Below, in pieces: positions 1 to 10,066 of a stretch of DNA of 64,000 nt; within the stretch, counting starts at the first letter, position 1, and each line of letters starts with the position of its first letter. The stretch comes from Octopus sinensis (taxonomy: Eukaryota). The stretch spans positions 2,108,001-2,172,000 of the forward strand of contig NC_043024.1 of the NCBI RefSeq assembly GCF_006345805.1. The letters are read 5' to 3'. The translations under genes and the position numbers were made by a program. A model generated the notes under the pieces. That model did no database searches and was not told the DNA's origin. It saw nothing but the letters and a program-made list of their open reading frames with translations.

Positions 1-200
1 GATTCCAAGTTCAATTGCAGGCAATGACCTGAATAATAATAATAATAATAATCATAATAACAACATCGAAAAATACCTTAGGAATGAGAACCCAGGTTTG
101 AAATTTCCCCAAGGTACCTGATGAAGGCTGGAGGGTATATCAGCCGAAACGTTGTGTTAACAACAAACAAGATGAGGACAAATATCTGTCAAATGTAAAT
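1..200 (+). mobile_element. Penelope-like element terminal-repeat fragment carrying a hammerhead motif
   Basis: Contains CTGATGA-A-GGCTG-(10 nt)-CAGCC-GAAAC-GTT. Minimal type I hammerheads are an established feature of Penelope-like pseudo-LTRs. The family assignment is inference. Confidence 0.5.
113..158 (+). ncRNA. Minimal type I hammerhead ribozyme motif
   Basis: Core CTGATGA 118-124; stem II GGCTG/CAGCC 126-130/141-145; GAAAC 146-150; palindromic AACGTT stem III; GUU triplet 151-153; weak, wobble-rich stem I GGTAC/GTGTT. Confidence 0.6.
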
Positions 201-471
201 AATGAAATACACAACATGGAAAATAATTAAATAAAATGTTGAATATTTCTGTGTAAATGTAAATAAAGAAAATTCGAAATATTATTGTTACCTTTCTTTG
301 AAATAGTCTTCTACACAATTCAGATCAGTCATGGAATTACCAAAAGGATTCCTGGGTTTGCCTTCCATCATGAATTCAGCACATTCCGGGGTCCACAGGC
401 TTTAATGTTTTTTTGTTTTAAAAAAGAGAAACTATATTTAGGAAACCCCAAAAATTAAGAAGGTATTTAAA

Positions 472-710
472 ATGGTGATGATGATGATGATGATGATGAT
501 GATGGTGATGATGATGCTGATGATGATCACGATGACAACGATAATGATGATGATGATAATGATGACGATGATGCTGATGATGATGCTGATGACGATGATG
601 ATGACGATAACGACGACGACGATGATGATGATGACGATGATGATGATGATGACGATGATGATGATAACGATGATGATGATGACGATGATGATGATGATGA
701 CGATGATGAT
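472..710. repeat. Imperfect (GAT)n microsatellite, ~240 bp
   Basis: GAT units interrupted by GAC/GCT/AAT. It explains the poly-Met and poly-Ser ORFs. Confidence 0.97.
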
Positions 711-756
711 GAATACATTTGGAAGTTAAAAGTTTTTAAAAAATATAGTAAACAAG

Positions 757-832
757 GTGCAAGAGTGGCTTTGTGGTAAGAAGCTTGTTTACCAACCACA
801 TGGTTCCGGGTTCAGTCCCACTGCGTGGCACC
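757..832 (+). mobile_element. SINE-b 5' head fragment (tRNA-derived)
   Basis: GTGGCTTTGTGGTAAG (A-box-like) and GGTTCAGTCCC (B-box-like); same head as the copies at 5742, 13283 and 18115. Confidence 0.8.
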
Positions 833-1277
833 TGAGGACTTTGTCTTCTCATGACCCTCCTAGAAATAGTGGATGAGGGCAGAGATGATGGACGGACCAA
901 TAATTATACTCACCCCGATTCTAATCCTTTTACTTCAGGAGATCTAAGTAAAGATGTGGAAGTCAGCAGTAACTGGACAACTCGTTTTTCATGGTCAAAT
1001 CGTATTAATGTATATTCAGTCTAAAAAAAAAAAAAAATCAGACCATTTATTCCAAAATACCAAACATGAGAATGGAGGGTGTTGCTGAAGGGGTCACAGA
1101 CGTGTGATGAATGATTTCTGGACCTCAGTTAAAACAAGAACTGTAATAAATGAATGAAGAATGAATATATAATAAGTGTATGTTTTTTTTCCCACCCTTT
1201 TCAAGCCAAGCCCTTCTAAAGCCTAGCCAGGCTCATGGGCCTGGTTTCCCAGTTTCAATGGCATATGTGTCTTCTTA

Positions 1278-1490
1278 TTTCTTTACTACCCACAAGGGGC
1301 TAAGGACAGACAAAGGGATTAAGTCGATTATATCAACCCCAGTGCGTAACTGGTATTTAATTTATTGACCCTGAAAGGATGAAAAGCAAAGTCGACCTCG
1401 GTGGAATTTGAACTCAGAACGTAACGGCAGATGAAATACCACTAAGCATTTCGCCCGGCATGCTACCGTTTCTGCCAGCTCACCGCCTTG
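1278..1490 (-). mobile_element. SINE-a copy
   Basis: Reverse complement of the GGCGGCGAGCTGGCAGAAACG...GTTCAAATTCC...AAAGAAATA family seen many times in the window. Confidence 0.85.
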
Positions 1491-1797
1491 GGCAAGTGTC
1501 TTTTACTATAGCCTCGGGCTATCCAAAGCCTTGTGAGTGGATTTGGTAGATAGAAACTGAAAGAAGCCCATTGTATGTGTGCGTGTATGTTTGTCCACCC
1601 ACCACCTCTTGACAACCAGTGTTGGTGTGTTTACGTCCCTGTAAGCTAGCGGTTCAGCAAAAGAGACTGACTGAATAAGTACCAGGCCTGAAAAAAATAA
1701 GTCCTGGGTGGGGGGGTCAATTTATTCAACTAAAAATTCAATGCGGTGCCCCAGCATGGCCACAGTGTAACAACTGAAACAAGTAAAAAGATAAAAG
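1490..1797 (+). mobile_element. SINE-b copy, 5'-truncated
   Basis: CCAAAGCCTTGTGAGTGGATTTGGTAG core and CTGAAACAAGTAAAA tail shared with other copies. Confidence 0.85.
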
Positions 1798-1906
1798 ACG
1801 TAATATAAAGATTGGTTTCCAATATTTCCATAATCAAGAATTTGCATAAAAATCAACAAGTTCCCTTCATCTCTCTTTCTCCATCAGGCTATACCTACCT
1901 CGTCAC

Positions 1907-2648
1907 ATTCCGCCGAGGTCAACTTTGCCTTTCATCATTTCGGGGTCGATAAATAAAGTACCAGTTACGCACTGGGGTCGATGTAATCGACTTAATACCT
2001 ATGTCTGTCCTTGTTTGTACTCTCTGTGTTTAGCCCCTTGTGGATAGTAAAGAAATAGGTATTTCATCTGCCGCTACGTTCTGAGTTCAAATTCCGCCGA
2101 GGTCGACTTTGCCTTTCATCCATTCAGGGTCGATAAATAAAGTACCAGTTACGCACTGGGGTCGATATAATCGACTCAATCCCTTCGTCTGTCCTTGTTT
2201 GTCCCCTCTGTGTTTAGCCCCTTGTGGATAGTAAAGAAATAGGTATTTCATCTGCCGCTACGTTCTGAGTTCAAATTCCGCGGAGGTCGACTTTGCCTTT
2301 CATCATTTCGGGGTCAATAAATAAAGTACCAGTTACGCACTGGGGTCGATATAATCGACTCAATCCCTTCGTCTGTCCTTGTTTGTCCCCTCTGTGTTTA
2401 GCCCCTTGTGGATAGTAAAGAAATAGGTATTTCATCTGCCGCTACGTTCTGAGTTCAAATTCCACGGAGGTCGACTTTGCCTTTCATCCTTTCAGGGTCG
2501 ATAAATTAAGTACCAGTTACGCACTGGGGTCGATATAATCGACTCAATCCCTTCGTCTGTCCTTGTTTGTTCCCTCTATGTTTAGCCCCTTCTGGGCAGT
2601 AAAGAAATATATAACATTGGTGGCATGGAAAGGGGCAGTAAAGAAATA
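1907..2648 (+). mobile_element. Head-to-tail concatemer of SINE-a 3' part (184-bp period, ~4 units) flanked by a 17-bp TSD
   Basis: Units restart at GGTATTTC at 2058, 2242 and 2426. TATACCTACCTCGTCAC occurs at 1890-1906 and 2649-2665. Confidence 0.9.
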
Positions 2649-2924
2649 TATACCTACCTCGTCACCCCAATAAAATGGATAATTCTTTGTGTCCTTATAT
2701 CTCCTATACAGATGCACAAACTGCATTCTTGTTTGTTTCTTGACATGTGGAATATAGGGTTTAATCTCTTCCCATGTCATTAGGGTACCCTCCGAAATAA
2801 CGACCATCTTTATTTCGACTGACGAAGGATTCTTTCAACGAGTTTTTCTTTTTTGGATCTTCTCTGTTCAGTAAGGACTGGAAATAGAAATGGTAAAAAA
2901 AATAGGTAAATTTTAACTTGTAAA

Positions 2925-3365
2925 ATAATAATATAATGAAATTAATGTATACAGTGCTCAGGTGCACCACAACTTGTCAGAAAGTGCATATAAAGCATAT
3001 GCAGTAATGTACAAATGTCTGAGAAATGAACAGTGTATGAGTCAGATACATGCTTGCGTGTGTATGGAGGGGAGAAAATCAGGTGTAGTGTTGGCGAATG
3101 TCAGAAAGCATGGAAGTTTTGAAGGATGCAGTGCTCCGACAACTAACAACTGATGCCGGCAGTTTGTTCCATGCTTCAGCAACTCTCAGCATGAAAAAAT
3201 GTTTCCGAAAGTCATGGGAGCTGTGCTGTTTTCTGACTTTGTAAATATGTCCATGGGTGTTTGATGGGTGGAGTTTGAAAAGGTGCTCAGAGTTATTGTT
3301 ACTAAGATGGTTGATAATTTTATGGGTGTCTGACAAGTCAGCTGCCAGGCGTTGGAGTTTCAATG
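2925..3365 (-). mobile_element. CR1/L2-group LINE 3' end (ORF2 C-terminus plus 3' UTR)
   Basis: ORF 3079-3363 reads THGHIYKVRKQHSSHDFRKHFFMLRVAEAWNKLPASVV...FK, the typical CR1-group C-terminal motif, followed by a TTA-rich tail. Confidence 0.85.
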
Positions 3366-3384
3366 TTTGATTCCATAGAAATAT

Positions 3385-3795
3385 TCTTTTCTACTTTAGG
3401 CACAAGGCCTGAAATTTTGGGGGAGGATTCCAGTCGATTAGATCTACCCCAGTACACAACTGGTACTTAATTTATCAACCCCGAAAGGATGTAAGGCAAA
3501 GTCGACCTCAGTGGAATTTGAACTCAGAATTTAAAGACGGACGAAATGCCGCTAAGTATTTCTATTTCTTTACTACCCACAAGGGGCTAAACACAGAGGG
3601 GACAAACAAGGACAGACAAACGGATTAAGGCGATTACATTGACCCCAGTGCATAACTGGTACTTAATTTATCGACCCCGAAAGGATGAAAGGCAAAGTCG
3701 ACCTCGGTGGAATTTGAACTCAGAATGTAAAGACGGACGAAATGCCACTAAGTATTTCCCCTGGCGTAGCTAACGATTCTGCCAGCTTGCCACCT
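3385..3795 (-). mobile_element. SINE-a dimer
   Basis: Two tandem SINE-a bodies joined through the GAAATA microhomology near 3560. Confidence 0.85.
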
Positions 3796-4134
3796 TTCGT
3801 AGAAATATTAAACTTTATGTCACTTAAATTACACTGTGTAACACAATTTTTGTCCCTGAGTAACAACTGTTGTTTCTTATTTGCTTACTCCGAGAGAGAA
3901 TGGAAAATGGTTAATATTGCCTTCAGACTTTTCTTTTGTAACATTTATCCAAACCCCAAAGAATCTCTCTCGACACATGGCTACGATGCTCCCCCACTAC
4001 TTCTGCTCATGATCAGAGATGCACATATTGTCAGCCACTAAGGGACATAATCAAGTGGTTAAGGTCAAACAACTGACAAGCAAATCTGTGGTATTGAGCA
4101 GAATACTTGCTATAATGATATTTCTGATGCAGAA

Positions 4135-4556
4135 CTAAGGTGGTGAACTGGTAGAAATGTCAGCATGCCGGGCGAAATGCTTAGCGGTATTTTGTCTGCC
4201 ACTACATTCTGAGTTCAAATTCCGCCAAGGTCGACTTTGCCTTTCATCCTTTCGGGGTCGATAAATTAAGTACCATACTGGGGTCGATGTAATTGACTTA
4301 ATACCTATGTCTGTCCTTGTTTGTCCCCTCTATGTTTAGCCCCTTGTGGGCAATAAAGAAATAGGTATTTCCTCTGCCGTTACGTTCTGAGTTCAAATTC
4401 TGCCAAGGTCGACTTTGCCTTTCATCCTTTCGGGGTCGATTAAATAAGTACCAGTTACACACTGGGGTCTATATAATCGACTTAATCCGTTTGTCTGTCC
4501 CTGTTTGTCCTCTCTGTGTTTAGCCCCTTGTGGGTAGTAAAGAAATAGGTATTTCT
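4135..4556 (+). mobile_element. SINE-a with tandem 3' duplication
   Basis: Head GGTGGTGAACTGGTAGAAATG, then two bodies joined by AAAGAAATA|GGTATTTC; the same junction recurs at the end. Confidence 0.85.
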
Positions 4557-4699
4557 GCTGCAGCAACTCAGCGCTGAATCTGTCAAAATTGTAATAGAAA
4601 ATAGACCAGTTTCAAAACTTTGATGTCCAGGTGACAAAAGCAAAGTTTGAAGGGAATAGAAGTCTCTTCCTTTGACTTCTAGACAGAAGCAAATTGGAA

Positions 4700-4845
4700 A
4701 TAACACTAGTATGCAAGAGAGCCGACTGCACTGGTATAGTCATGCGATGCATATGGAAGAGGACAGCTGTGTAAAGAAAGAGGAAATGTGTGGAAGAGGC
4801 AGACCCAGGAGAATATGGAATGAAGTGGTGAAACATGATCTTGAA
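4700..4845 (+). mobile_element. Degenerate RTE LINE ORF2 C-terminal fragment
   Basis: MQESRLHWYSHAMHMEEDSCVKK...GRGRPRRIWNEVVKHDL aligns with the RTE C-terminus at 47.5-47.7 kb. Confidence 0.75.
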
Positions 4846-5054
4846 GAAACAGGAAGAATGATATCAGATGTAGAAATATGAATATCATTAGTTTCTGTCA
4901 GAATTAATATTGGCAAAACATAAGACTTTCCACTTCTATCATTGATCAAATTTCTTTAGCATTTTTTGTTACTATATTTCTCCAGAAATACGTTGCTTTC
5001 TTTTCATTTAATTTTGAAAATTCTGGAGAATTGTCATTGTTTTTGAAGTACATA

Positions 5055-5058
<4 letters not shown>

Positions 5059-5103
<45 letters not shown>
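5059..5103. repeat. (CT)n microsatellite
   Basis: Perfect CT run. Confidence 0.97.
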
Positions 5104-5107
<4 letters not shown>

Positions 5108-5309
5108 CCTCCTCCCTCACACAACCATAAGTTAGAGTTTCTGTAAGAATTAATTTTGGCAAATTTGGGCAAACCGGTGTTTGGGACATTAATTAACATG
5201 AAATATTGATGGAAAATTTGAATTTAGATCACTTTAATCTTTCATTACTGTTTTTTTTTTGTCTTTTGAAATAAAGCCTTTATTTCAATTAATTTTGAAA
5301 ATAATGAGG

Positions 5310-5523
5310 CCAGCGCCGCCTTGACTGGCTTCCGTGCCGGTGGCACGTAAAAAGCACCTACTACACTCACAGAGTGGTTGGTGTTAGGAAGGGCATCCAG
5401 CTGTAGAAACACTGCCAGATCAGACTGGGCCTGGTGCAGCCTCCTGGCTTCCCGGACCCCGGTCGAACCGTCCAACACATGCTAGCATGGAAAATGAACA
5501 TTAAACGATGATGATGATGATGA
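5310..5523 (+). mobile_element. 5'-truncated RTE 3' UTR copy with (GAT)n tail
   Basis: GGTTGGTGTTAGGAAGGGCATCCAGCTGTAG...CATGCTAGCATGG...TTAAACGATGATGATG; same 3' end as the RTE at 46941-49697. Confidence 0.9.
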
Positions 5524-5741
5524 AGAATTTAGTGAGATAACTGTTATTATTTCTGTGATGTTTGGAACATAAATCATGAAATTTTGGTGGAAGGTTTTAA
5601 TTTGAATCGCTTTTAAAAAGAAAGTTTGATTATAGAACCAGGAACAATCTCATATGGGTTGGAATCAAATGACTTAATCCAAAGTCTAAATTACTATATA
5701 ATCAAACTAATTCTCTGTAAGATATTAACTGAATGTCTTGC

Positions 5742-5910
5742 AGGCACAGGAGTGGCTGTGTGGTAAGTAGCTTGCTAACCAACCACATGGTTCCGAGTTC
5801 AGTCCCACTGAGTGGCCGGGCCGACCAATGCCTTGTGAGTGGATTTGGTAGACGGAAACTGAAAGAAGCCTGTCGTATATATGTATATCATCATCATCAT
5901 TTAACGTCCG

Positions 5911-5941
<31 letters not shown>

Positions 5942-6152
5942 TTGTGTGTCTGTGTTTGTCCCCCTAGCATTGCTTGACAACCGATGCTGGTGTGTTTACG
6001 TCCCCGTCACTTAGCGGTTCGGCAAAAGAGACCGATAGAATAAGTACTGGGCTTACAAAAGAATAAGTCCCGGGGTCGATTTGCTCGACTAAAGGTGGTG
6101 CTCCAGCATGGCCACAGTCAAATGACCGAAACAAGTAAAAGAGTAAAAGAGA
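5742..6152 (+). mobile_element. SINE-b copy
   Basis: GCACAGGAGTGGCTGTGTGGTAAG head, internal (TA)/(TG) tract, CTGAAACAAGTAAAAGA-like tail. Confidence 0.9.
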
Positions 6153-6809
6153 GATATAAAGGACTAATAACGACTCATAAATTTAAAAAGGCTCACCTCA
6201 AATATTCAAAGCTTTCCTCTGTTTTAGTTCCTACTTTCTACCAGTTGCCACATAAACATTAATTTACAAAGTCACAGCAGATATATGTTCCTCATGTGGT
6301 CTCCGAATTCTTTATCAAAGCCTGTAATATTAAATTACAGTAAAAATAGGTTAAGATCAAAATAAATTTTAAAAAACTGGGTTACATTTTGAAATACTTT
6401 TTGTAGTTAGTATTTCCCCCATCACCCCCCCCCACACCCCGAGAAGGCCATCCGTTAACTAATTTCTCAGGTTGCTGATATGAAATTTGCTTCTACCAAA
6501 CTGCTTTAGAAATATTAACCAGCATTCACCAACACGAAATGAGGTTGTTAATCAGCATGTTTATTGACCTCTACTTAACCACCCCACGGCTAGACTTCTC
6601 CCTCTATGTCTACGTATTGGGTTGGCCTACTTCATCGTCTGGGGCGGGGGGGGGGGGAGGTGTCCACAAAACATTAATGGAACACAGACACACAAGTTGC
6701 AATTATATTATATATATATATAATGTACAAATGCAGTCATTGTAGTTGGTTTTTGGGGGGTGGGGGTTTAGACCCCTTTTTCACATACATTTAGGTTGTA
6801 TATTAAGTT

Positions 6810-7160
6810 TAGCCTCCTCCACCTCCCCATCATCATCATCATCCTTTTCCTCCTCCTCCTCATCATCATCACCATCATTATCATTATCCTTTACCTCCCC
6901 CTCTTCCTCCTCACCACCACTACCATCTTCATCATCATCATCATCATGTTTGTCATTACCAGCATCATCTTGTCACTATCACTTCCTCATCCCCATCATC
7001 ATCCTTTTCCTCCTCCTCCTCCTCCTCCTTCTCACTACCACCACCACCACCACCGTCATTATCATCACTGTCATCATCATCATTGTCATTACCAGCATCA
7101 TCTTGTCTTTGTCACTTTCTCATCATCATCATAATCATCATCATCATCATTATGGCCATC
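6810..7160. repeat. Mixed (CAT/CCT/CAC)n low-complexity tract
   Basis: Trinucleotide mosaic that explains the overlapping low-complexity ORFs. Confidence 0.9.
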
Positions 7161-7340
7161 ACATCCTTGTCATCATAATCCGACATCTGCCTTCCATGGC
7201 TTGGACAGTTTGACAGGATTCGACAGTTCCAAGGACGACAGCACACTCCGCCGTCCTGCTTTGGCAAGGCTTCTACAGCTTGGATGCCCTTCTTAACAAC
7301 AACCACTTGGCAACAAATCCTGGGTCCTTCTCTTTTATGG
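7160..7340 (-). mobile_element. Old, diverged RTE-tail copy
   Basis: TTCTACAGCTTGGATGCCCTTCTTAACAACAACCAC is the reverse complement of the RTE 3' UTR core. Confidence 0.65.
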
Positions 7341-7354
7341 CACCATTTATAACA

Positions 7355-8661
7355 TTTAAAATCAAAATCGATCAACATCAATGGAAATTGTAGTTGTGGT
7401 ACCAGTGCCGGTGGCACGTAAAAAGCACCATCCAATTGTGGCCATTTGCCAGCCTCATCTGGCACCTGTGCCGGTGGCACGTAAAAAGCACCATCCAATT
7501 GTGGCTGTTTGCCAGCCTCATCTGGCACCTGTGCCGGTGGCACGTAAAAAGCACCATCCAATTGTGGCCATTTGCCAGCCTCGTCTGGCTCCTGTGCCGG
7601 TGGCACGTAAAAAGCACCATCCAATTGTGGCCATTTGCCAGCCTCATCTGGCACCTGTGCCGGTGGCACGTAAAAAGCACCATCCAATTGTGGCTGTTTG
7701 CCAGCCTCATCTGGCACCTGTGCCGGTGGCACGTAAAAAGCACCATCCAGTTGAGGCCGTTTGCCAGCCTCGTCTAGCACCTGTGCCGGTGGCACGTAAA
7801 AAGCACCATCCAATTGTGGCCATTTGCCAGCCTCGTCTGGCTCCTGTGCCGGTGGCACGTAAAAAGCACCATCCAATTGTGGCCATTTGCCAGCCTCGTC
7901 TGGCACCTGTGCTGGTGGCACGTAAAAAGCACCATCCAGTTGAGGCCGTTTGCCAGCCTCGTCTGGCTCCTGTGCCGGTGGCACGTAAAAAGCACCATCC
8001 AATTGTGGCCATTTGCCAGCCTCGTCTGGCACCTGTGCCGGTGGCACGTAAAAAGCACCATCCAATTGTGGCCATTTGCCAGCCTCATCTGGCACCTGTG
8101 CCGGTGGCACGTAAAAAGCACCATCCAGTTGAGGCCGTTTGCCAGCCTCGTCTGGCACCTGTGCTGGTGGCACGTAAAAAGCACCATCCAGTTGAGGCCG
8201 TTTGCCAGCCTCGTCTGGCACCTGTGCTGGTGGCACGTAAAAAGCACCATCCAGTTGAGGCCGTTTGCCAGCCTCGTCTGGCACCTGTGCTGGTGGCACG
8301 TAAAAAGCACCATCCAATTGTGGCCATTTGCCAGCCTCATCTGGCTCCTGTGCCGGTGGCACGTAAAAAGCACCATCCAATTATGGCCGTTTGCCAGCCT
8401 CATCTGGCACCTGTGCCGGTGGCACGTAAAAAGCACCATCCAATTGAGGCCGTTTGCCAGCCTCGTCTGGCACCTGTGCCGGTGGTATGTAAAAAGCACC
8501 CACTACACTCATGGAGTGGTTGGCATTAGGAAGGGCATCCAGCTGTAGAAACACTGCCAGATCAGACTGGGCCTGGTGCAGCCTTCTGGCTTCCCAGACC
8601 CCAGTTGAACCGTCCAACCCATGCTAGCATGGAAAGCGGACGTTAAACGATGATGATGATA
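7355..8661 (+). mobile_element. RTE 3' UTR copy with expanded internal minisatellite
   Basis: Upstream AAATCGATCAACATCAATGG matches 15690-15725; ends with the RTE terminus and (GAT)n. Confidence 0.9.
7402..8500 (+). repeat. 63-bp minisatellite, 17 full units plus 1 partial
   Basis: Unit CCTGTGCCGGTGGCACGTAAAAAGCACCATCCAATTGTGGCCATTTGCCAGCCTCGTCTGGCA; count taken from the 21-aa periodicity of ORF 7381-8529. Confidence 0.97.
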
Positions 8662-8852
8662 TTTACTCTTCCATATGGGGGGGGGGGCAAAATAAGTAAC
8701 TGAGACAAAATGAGTAATTTCTGCTTTTTGATTTTTTTCTTCCTTTCTATTTAAAATCCTTAAATTGCAAATATTACATCGTCTTTAGGGGTAAAAATTT
8801 GCCAGCGTAACTGGTCAGTAAAAGATGAGAGAAATTTGGAACACAGTCAGGC

Positions 8853-9146
8853 AACATCATTTTCTCTTGGCTTTCTTGAGAAAATTCTGTAGTGTGTAAG
8901 CTACAATTATTGCTGTTGATAAACTACGGCAGATATTGTATTCACCTCAATAGACGTCATTGATTGGTTGAAATTGCCGAAATGCAAGAAATTAAACAAC
9001 AAATAGCTTACAAGCTACAGAATTTTCTCGAGAAATCCAAGAGAAAAAGATGTTTTATAAACACATTCTACCAGTATACGAAGTTTAAAAGTGTTTAGTT
9101 ACAAAGAAATTATTTTAAAAATCTGCCAGTCAAAACAAAAAGATCC
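8853..9146. mobile_element. Long-TIR MITE (GGATC...GATCC family), left end missing
   Basis: Internal inverted arms. The right end ...AATCTGCCAGTCAAAACAAAAAGATCC is the reverse complement of the left end at 23738. Confidence 0.8.
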
Positions 9147-9265
9147 GATTCCTGGACCATGTTGTGTGTTGTGTTCTTGAGCAAGACACTTTATTTCACG
9201 TTGCTGCAGTTCACTCAGCTGTAGAAATGAGTTGCGACGTCACTGGTGCCAAGCTGTATCGGCCT
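9147..9265 (+). mobile_element. SINE-d body lacking its head
   Basis: GATTCCTGGACC...TGTGTTGTGTTCTTGAGCAAGACACTT begins at a B-box half. Confidence 0.65.
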
Positions 9266-9479
9266 GTAGGGACCTCACTTGGCCCTGCCTGAGATTTGGA
9301 ACCAAATCCACCCGCTTGTTGCTTGTCAAAACAAGCGGTAAATCCTTTGTTCAGGCCAAGGGTAGTATAGAAGAGCCGGGGTCACTCATCCGTGGAAAGA
9401 AAGAAAGATGAGGCAAGCAAGACCTCTTGGTCATCCACTGCCTCAGTCTCCATCCCCAAACATCTTGACCTGGTCTTGT

Positions 9480-9915
9480 GGTGATGATGGCAATCCCTCA
9501 AGGTCGAGGATGATGGCCTTCGCGCAAATTTACTGGTGAGTCCATAGGTGACTGATAAGACCAATTCTTGCTTGAAAAGATCGGTCGCAGTGCGAACGTC
9601 TAGTGCCGGAAGGGAGAGTCGCACGTGGTTGTTGTTGACGCTCCTTCCGTCGTCGTCTTTTCTCCTCCAGCACTGAAGGCCTTTTCGACTCGAAAGTCGC
9701 CGTTCCCTCATGGATGGTGGTTTTCCAGAGTGGTCTGTTTTTTGCCGTTTCCTCCCACTCAGTGAAGTCGATGTCACACTTTTTGAGGTTCGTTTTCAGG
9801 GAGTCCTTGTAGCGTTTCTTCTGGCCTCCTTTTGTACGCTTGCCGTCTTTGAGTTGGGAGTAGAAGATCTGTTTGGGAAGTCATTCGTCAGTCATTTACG
9901 CATCCGAAACCTGGT
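9480..9915 (-). mobile_element. RTE/BovB-like LINE 3' end (second family)
   Basis: My translation reads LPKQIFYSQLKDGKRTKGGQKKRYKDSLKTNLKKCDIDFTEWEETAKNRPLW...RSHCDRSFQARIGLISHLWTHQ*, the RTE C-terminus with a terminal zinc-finger-like motif, followed by a short UTR ending GCCATCATCACC. Confidence 0.85.
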
Positions 9916-10066
9916 CTTGTAATGCACATATGACAAAGTCACTGTGCAAGTCATTAGCCATTCTTAATGATGACCAAATGACCCTCATCACTTTGACAGG
10001 CAAACATAAAAGAAACAGGAAGCAGAATGAATTACAAATATTATAAAAGAATGCTTTTATTAAAAA

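Larger units (their letters stand above)
4890..5690. mobile_element. Non-autonomous DNA-element remnant related to the 10.3-10.8 kb MITEs, interrupted by (CT)n and an RTE tail
   Basis: Shares TTTCAATTAATTTT...GAATTTAGT...TTTGGTGGAAGG/ATTTTAATT motifs with 10346-10794. Confidence 0.5.

Noticed and set aside
472-799. Poly-Met and poly-Ser ORFs
   Set aside because: Translation of the (GAT)n microsatellite.
2544-2970. Two short minus-strand ORFs with protein-like composition
   Set aside because: No recognisable motif, interrupted by the SINE insertion, and a stop follows soon after the reconstructed target site. At most an unassignable relic.
7402-8500. CRISPR array
   Set aside because: No unique spacers, no cas genes, eukaryotic context.
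7381-8529. 382-aa and 422-aa repeat ORFs (and other frames) over the 63-bp array as real proteins
   Set aside because: The unit is a multiple of 3 and lacks stops in several frames, so long ORFs arise automatically; the sequence is RTE 3' UTR.
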